A stretch of DNA of 64,000 nucleotides from Wickerhamiella versatilis. Taxonomy: Eukaryota. Each line of letters begins with the position of its first letter. The stretch's first letter is position 1. Below, piece by piece: positions 60,474 to 64,000 of this stretch. Location: positions 310,001 through 374,000 of the forward strand of contig JAQOWU010000001.1 in assembly GCA_030867685.1 (NCBI GenBank). Direction: 5' to 3'. A program made the translations under genes and the position numbers. The notes beneath the pieces are model-generated. The model saw only the letters and a list, made by a program, of their open reading frames with translations, searched no databases and was not told the origin of the DNA.

Positions 60474-63200
60474 ATGCAACGGGTACGATTCAAGGCTAGT
60501 GGTTTGGGCCCTAGTACGCCAGCTAAGACATATCCTGATGGATGCTTGAAAAATACTACTTTCTCCTCAGGAGGCGACACAAAGACCGAGGAGGCTGGTC
60601 CTTTGGATCTGGTGACTCGAGTGTATGAAGGTGCTGAGACGATCACTGTGGAGAATAGAGATATGGTTCTTGCTGAGTGTCGAAAAAATCTTAAGAATCC
60701 AGGTCACAAAATTGCCTGCTGGACTGTTTTGCGGCAATTAGCACATTTTGAACCCCGTTTAACTCTCACCCGCGAGGATGGCGAATTCATTTCTAAACAA
60801 GCCGAGGCAGATCTACGCGTATTTGGAGTTTCACAAAATCCGATGTACGCGCGTATTGGTGTCCAGATATTGCGTTGCTGTGGCGATATTCTAGACTCCC
60901 TACCACAAGACTTTGCGAAATGGCTTCTGCTTAGCTGTGTTGAATTCATGAAATGGAGCGGTGCATCAAAGGCGCTCGTGCAAAGTTGCGTACGAGTATT
61001 CTCAACACTGGACAAGCCTCGTTTCGTTGATGATAAACTCGCGTCAGACCTTGCCGTCGCACTCGGTCGTGCGCCAAAGTCAATCATGAGAAGCTCAAGT
61101 TCATCGGCCGACTACATAGGCGCTTTGCGCACGATTTTACATGCAAGGCCCCATGCAGTAGCTGGGCAAGCCGCTGCATGGATTCCGCTTTTATTGGACT
61201 TTATCATTCTCGAGCGTAGTCCCCAAGTTCGCCATCTTGCTCCCGTTGTCCTTAATGAGGCATCAAGAATCGAATACTCAATTGTTTGTAGCTCATTGAG
61301 AAAGTCCATGGCTGCTATTGATTCTATCATGCTTGATAAACTCAGGTTACAGCTCTCGGGTCCAGATTACCGACCAGGCCTAGGTATTTGGAGTTCTATA
61401 CTGTTGGCAGCAGGCGATTCTGATTGGAATCTTCTGTTACCATGGGTCGATCTCATACGCCCTCTATTGGGGTCTGAATCGGACAGTGATCGACGCGAGG
61501 CTGCAATGGTAGCATGGAAGGCTGTAATCTACCTTTTTGCATTTAGGAGACCTGAACCAGTTGAATGGCGGGAACCTCTGAGAACACTGATGCCCGAAAA
61601 ATCTGTGGAAGGGTACTCCGCTCTCGTCAATGCAGCTCTCTATATAGCTTTCTCAGTAATGGAACGGGATCCCACCACACGCGAGCGTATATTACCCGAT
61701 ATGTGGGATTCTGTGATAGCACCATGTGTGTTGCAAATGCTTCAGCATCCTCAGGGTGCAGTTGCTGGAACGAAGCTTTTGACTCAACTTCTTACCAAGG
61801 AAAGTCCGTCAAGATTGAGCTTGTCGAAAATACTGGGCTCAGAAATAGATGTAAGTCACTTGGGCGGCTTACCCGAAGGATGGGTTGCCATGAACGCTGA
61901 GAGAATCAACGAATTAATCACTTGTGTTGCACTGAAGTGTCCTCGCGATAGGCTGATATCTGCATGGAATGTATATATGTATACCACCCAGCGTGCCCTG
62001 CAGCGCGAACTACTTGACCGGCCAGATCAAGCCCTGAATCGTATAATTGCTGCAGGAACAGCGTGTCTCAAGTTCGGGATTAAGGAATTGATTACGCCTT
62101 TTGTTCGCGCTGTGGATGTATCAAACATGCTAGAGCAGCGAATAGAACGTGTGGGTGATGAACTACAACCGACAGGCTCCTCATCTGTCCTCACAGTTTT
62201 GTATACTGAACTCGTAAAGCAAACGAGGCCTGAGGAGTTACCAGAACTTACCCACGCCTTAACCACTCAGCATGCGCGAAATGGGACCCAAGTTTCGCAT
62301 GTTTTGCGTAGTCTCAACCTTACCGCGCCCGATGGATATGCGTGGTCCGTTATTGCTCGCGAGGCCGTGGATTATCTGGGCACTGATGACCGGGGCTGCC
62401 TTCTTAGTGGTGGAGCCGTCGGTGAGCTTTTGACAAACGCACTTCTTTTGGAAGGTGAGGGAAATGGCTGCGATCCAGAAAATTTCGACTGGTGTGCTTG
62501 GGCTAAGATTTGGAGCATGCTACCTGGTCACATGCGCGATGAGCAATTGCTAAGACTGGTTGAGCGCACTCCTGAAGAGGCTTGGCCATACTTGTTGCAG
62601 GTTAAAATAGGAAAACCAAATCTTCCTGCACGATTCGACAACTTGTTGGCCCAGATTGCTCTAGAAATCCCCGAAGAACTATTAAAATTCGAGTCTATAC
62701 CTCCTGCATTCGCTGCAATTGTGACCGATAAGGCGCTGCAATTACTTCCGAAGAGCATGGATCGTCAGCCGCAATTAGTGCAACTTTGGAATCAGTTCTC
62801 GCCTTTGGCCGCAGAAAAAGATGCTTTAAGTCCCAGGGTATGGAAGCTTGCAGAGAAGCTGCAAGGACAATATCAAGAGCTTACATTACCGGAACATCGT
62901 CCACCTCCACCGCCTCCTAAAAAGGCCCGTCTTGAACCACCGCTATCTCCGCCTAGCAGTGATGATCGACCTGCAGATTTGAGTTCATCGCCACCAATAA
63001 AAAATGGCCAAGCTCACAAAACAATCCCGCTCAATCGTTTACCGGGTTGGCACAAAAGCCGTGACTGGCGCGTAGCATCGCGTGCTCTTGCTGGACTAGA
63101 TCTCTCTGAGGCTGCACGTACAATGAGACCAAATGAGAGACAAGTTTTCCACGCTCAGCTCTCAAAAGCCTTGGAGCAGCTTGCGAGATTTCAAAGTTAG
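60474..63200 (+). CDS. RIF1: Rif1 (PP1-targeting HEAT-repeat replication timing/telomere factor), compact form
   Basis: N-terminal RVxF (RVRF) followed by SILK-like GCLK, HEAT-like helices including AAMVAWKAVIYLF, and an NLS-like PPKKARL. Confidence 0.7.
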   Translation: MQRVRFKASGLGPSTPAKTYPDGCLKNTTFSSGGDTKTEEAGPLDLVTRVYEGAETITVENRDMVLAECRKNLKNPGHKIACWTVLRQLAHFEPRLTLTREDGEFISKQAEADLRVFGVSQNPMYARIGVQILRCCGDILDSLPQDFAKWLLLSCVEFMKWSGASKALVQSCVRVFSTLDKPRFVDDKLASDLAVALGRAPKSIMRSSSSSADYIGALRTILHARPHAVAGQAAAWIPLLLDFIILERSPQVRHLAPVVLNEASRIEYSIVCSSLRKSMAAIDSIMLDKLRLQLSGPDYRPGLGIWSSILLAAGDSDWNLLLPWVDLIRPLLGSESDSDRREAAMVAWKAVIYLFAFRRPEPVEWREPLRTLMPEKSVEGYSALVNAALYIAFSVMERDPTTRERILPDMWDSVIAPCVLQMLQHPQGAVAGTKLLTQLLTKESPSRLSLSKILGSEIDVSHLGGLPEGWVAMNAERINELITCVALKCPRDRLISAWNVYMYTTQRALQRELLDRPDQALNRIIAAGTACLKFGIKELITPFVRAVDVSNMLEQRIERVGDELQPTGSSSVLTVLYTELVKQTRPEELPELTHALTTQHARNGTQVSHVLRSLNLTAPDGYAWSVIAREAVDYLGTDDRGCLLSGGAVGELLTNALLLEGEGNGCDPENFDWCAWAKIWSMLPGHMRDEQLLRLVERTPEEAWPYLLQVKIGKPNLPARFDNLLAQIALEIPEELLKFESIPPAFAAIVTDKALQLLPKSMDRQPQLVQLWNQFSPLAAEKDALSPRVWKLAEKLQGQYQELTLPEHRPPPPPPKKARLEPPLSPPSSDDRPADLSSSPPIKNGQAHKTIPLNRLPGWHKSRDWRVASRALAGLDLSEAARTMRPNERQVFHAQLSKALEQLARFQS

Positions 63201-63623
63201 CAATTCGGTGTGCCATTGGAATACCTTTCTAAGTTATTAAATGAAGTAAAGAAATGATCTCACATTATAGCACAAAAAAATTAATCAATCTTCGTCAGAA
63301 CAAACTCACTTGCTTGGTTATTTGACATTTTTAGCCTAAAAACCTATAAATATTTCTGGGCTGCCATCAGTTATGCGTCAAATTTTTACAAGCTAATGCA
63401 GAACTTGGATAAAATGCGAAAATAGACTACGCAATGAGACAAAACATTGTACATTTCTCTGAATATTCATAGTAACATTAATCCACGATCAGTATTCTAG
63501 GAGACAAAATCACACATTAAAAATATTTTAAGTTCCTCAAAAGCAATAACAGAATCAAATTAAGACAATCTCAGTCGACACTGTCCGATAAGGATAGGCT
63601 TACTTCAGAATTACGTTACTATA

Positions 63624-64000
63624 CTACTTTATATACTCCCACATACGTATAGTGCCATCCCAGCTGGCACTGAAAATATTTCCGCCTGAAACATCAACAC
63701 CTGAGACTGCGTCTCTGTGGCCATCGAGGTTTGAAACCCATGTTCCCTTGAATAGGTCAAGTATACCACAGGCTCCTGTGTCAAAACCTACCACAGCAAG
63801 TCGACCTGAACTAGAGATGGAAAATGATTGCGATTGTCCATGAATGCTTGGATATTCCTGAATTCGTGCCATAGAGCGAATATCCCAAAGGTTAAAAGAT
63901 GTGGAATCCGAGCTGAAAAGTGCCGGAAAACTGGGAAGAAAAGCTATTCGGTCAAAAGGATTGTCATTTTGAAATTCTACCACGACATTATGAGGCAATC
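63624..64000 (-). CDS. C-terminal part of a divergent G-protein beta-like WD40 protein (Ste4-like); truncated by the window end
   Basis: LWDIRS...SISSSGRL...LDLFKG..V.NLDGH..AVSG...SASWDGTIRMW matches the pattern of the last G-beta blades. Confidence 0.55.
   Translation of the reverse strand, partial: LPHNVVVEFQNDNPFDRIAFLPSFPALFSSDSTSFNLWDIRSMARIQEYPSIHGQSQSFSISSSGRLAVVGFDTGACGILDLFKGTWVSNLDGHRDAVSGVDVSGGNIFSASWDGTIRMWEYIK

Noticed and set aside
1-64000. Transposons, LTRs, CRISPR arrays, bacterial operon-like HGT blocks and TPP riboswitches
   Set aside because: No transposase, RT or integrase ORFs, long direct repeats, repeat-spacer arrays, clearly bacterial-type genes or TPP aptamer motifs were recognised by eye.

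Overview
Gene-dense, apparently intron-free segment of a budding-yeast (Saccharomycotina) chromosome with 42 protein-coding genes, one tRNA-Ile(AAT) gene and a U3 snoRNA gene. Short intergenic regions, shortened proteins and a retained complex I assembly factor suggest an early-diverging, streamlined lineage, possibly the Wickerhamiella/Starmerella clade (inference only). Most genes are housekeeping: GDT1, REV3, SNX3, STE20, MRP4, LAG1/LAC1, HSE1, SFT1, CAP1, ARP1, SCH9, MNL1, CIA30, PNS1, SET5, SPT8, NTO1, FAD1, ArgRS, RPL4, TRF4, TIM17, SWF1, a Rab5, VPS11, FCF1, DCR2, SIZ1 and RIF1. Main points of interest: (1) an intronless U3 snoRNA with a strongly rewritten box A, next to FCF1/UTP24; (2) an apparent orphan ORF that aligns by eye with the meiotic Spo11 partner Rec102 and has a URS1-like site; (3) a tandem pair of GH5 glycanases resembling filamentous-fungal beta-1,6-galactanases (candidate horizontal transfer); (4) CAP1 and ARP1, both dynactin subunits, head-to-head with only 39 bp between start codons; (5) a small secreted orphan with 9-aa repeats and a Trp/Lys/Cys motif; (6) deep synteny with S. 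cerevisiae blocks. No mobile elements or CRISPR arrays were seen. All homology calls come from recognising motifs by eye, not from database searches.
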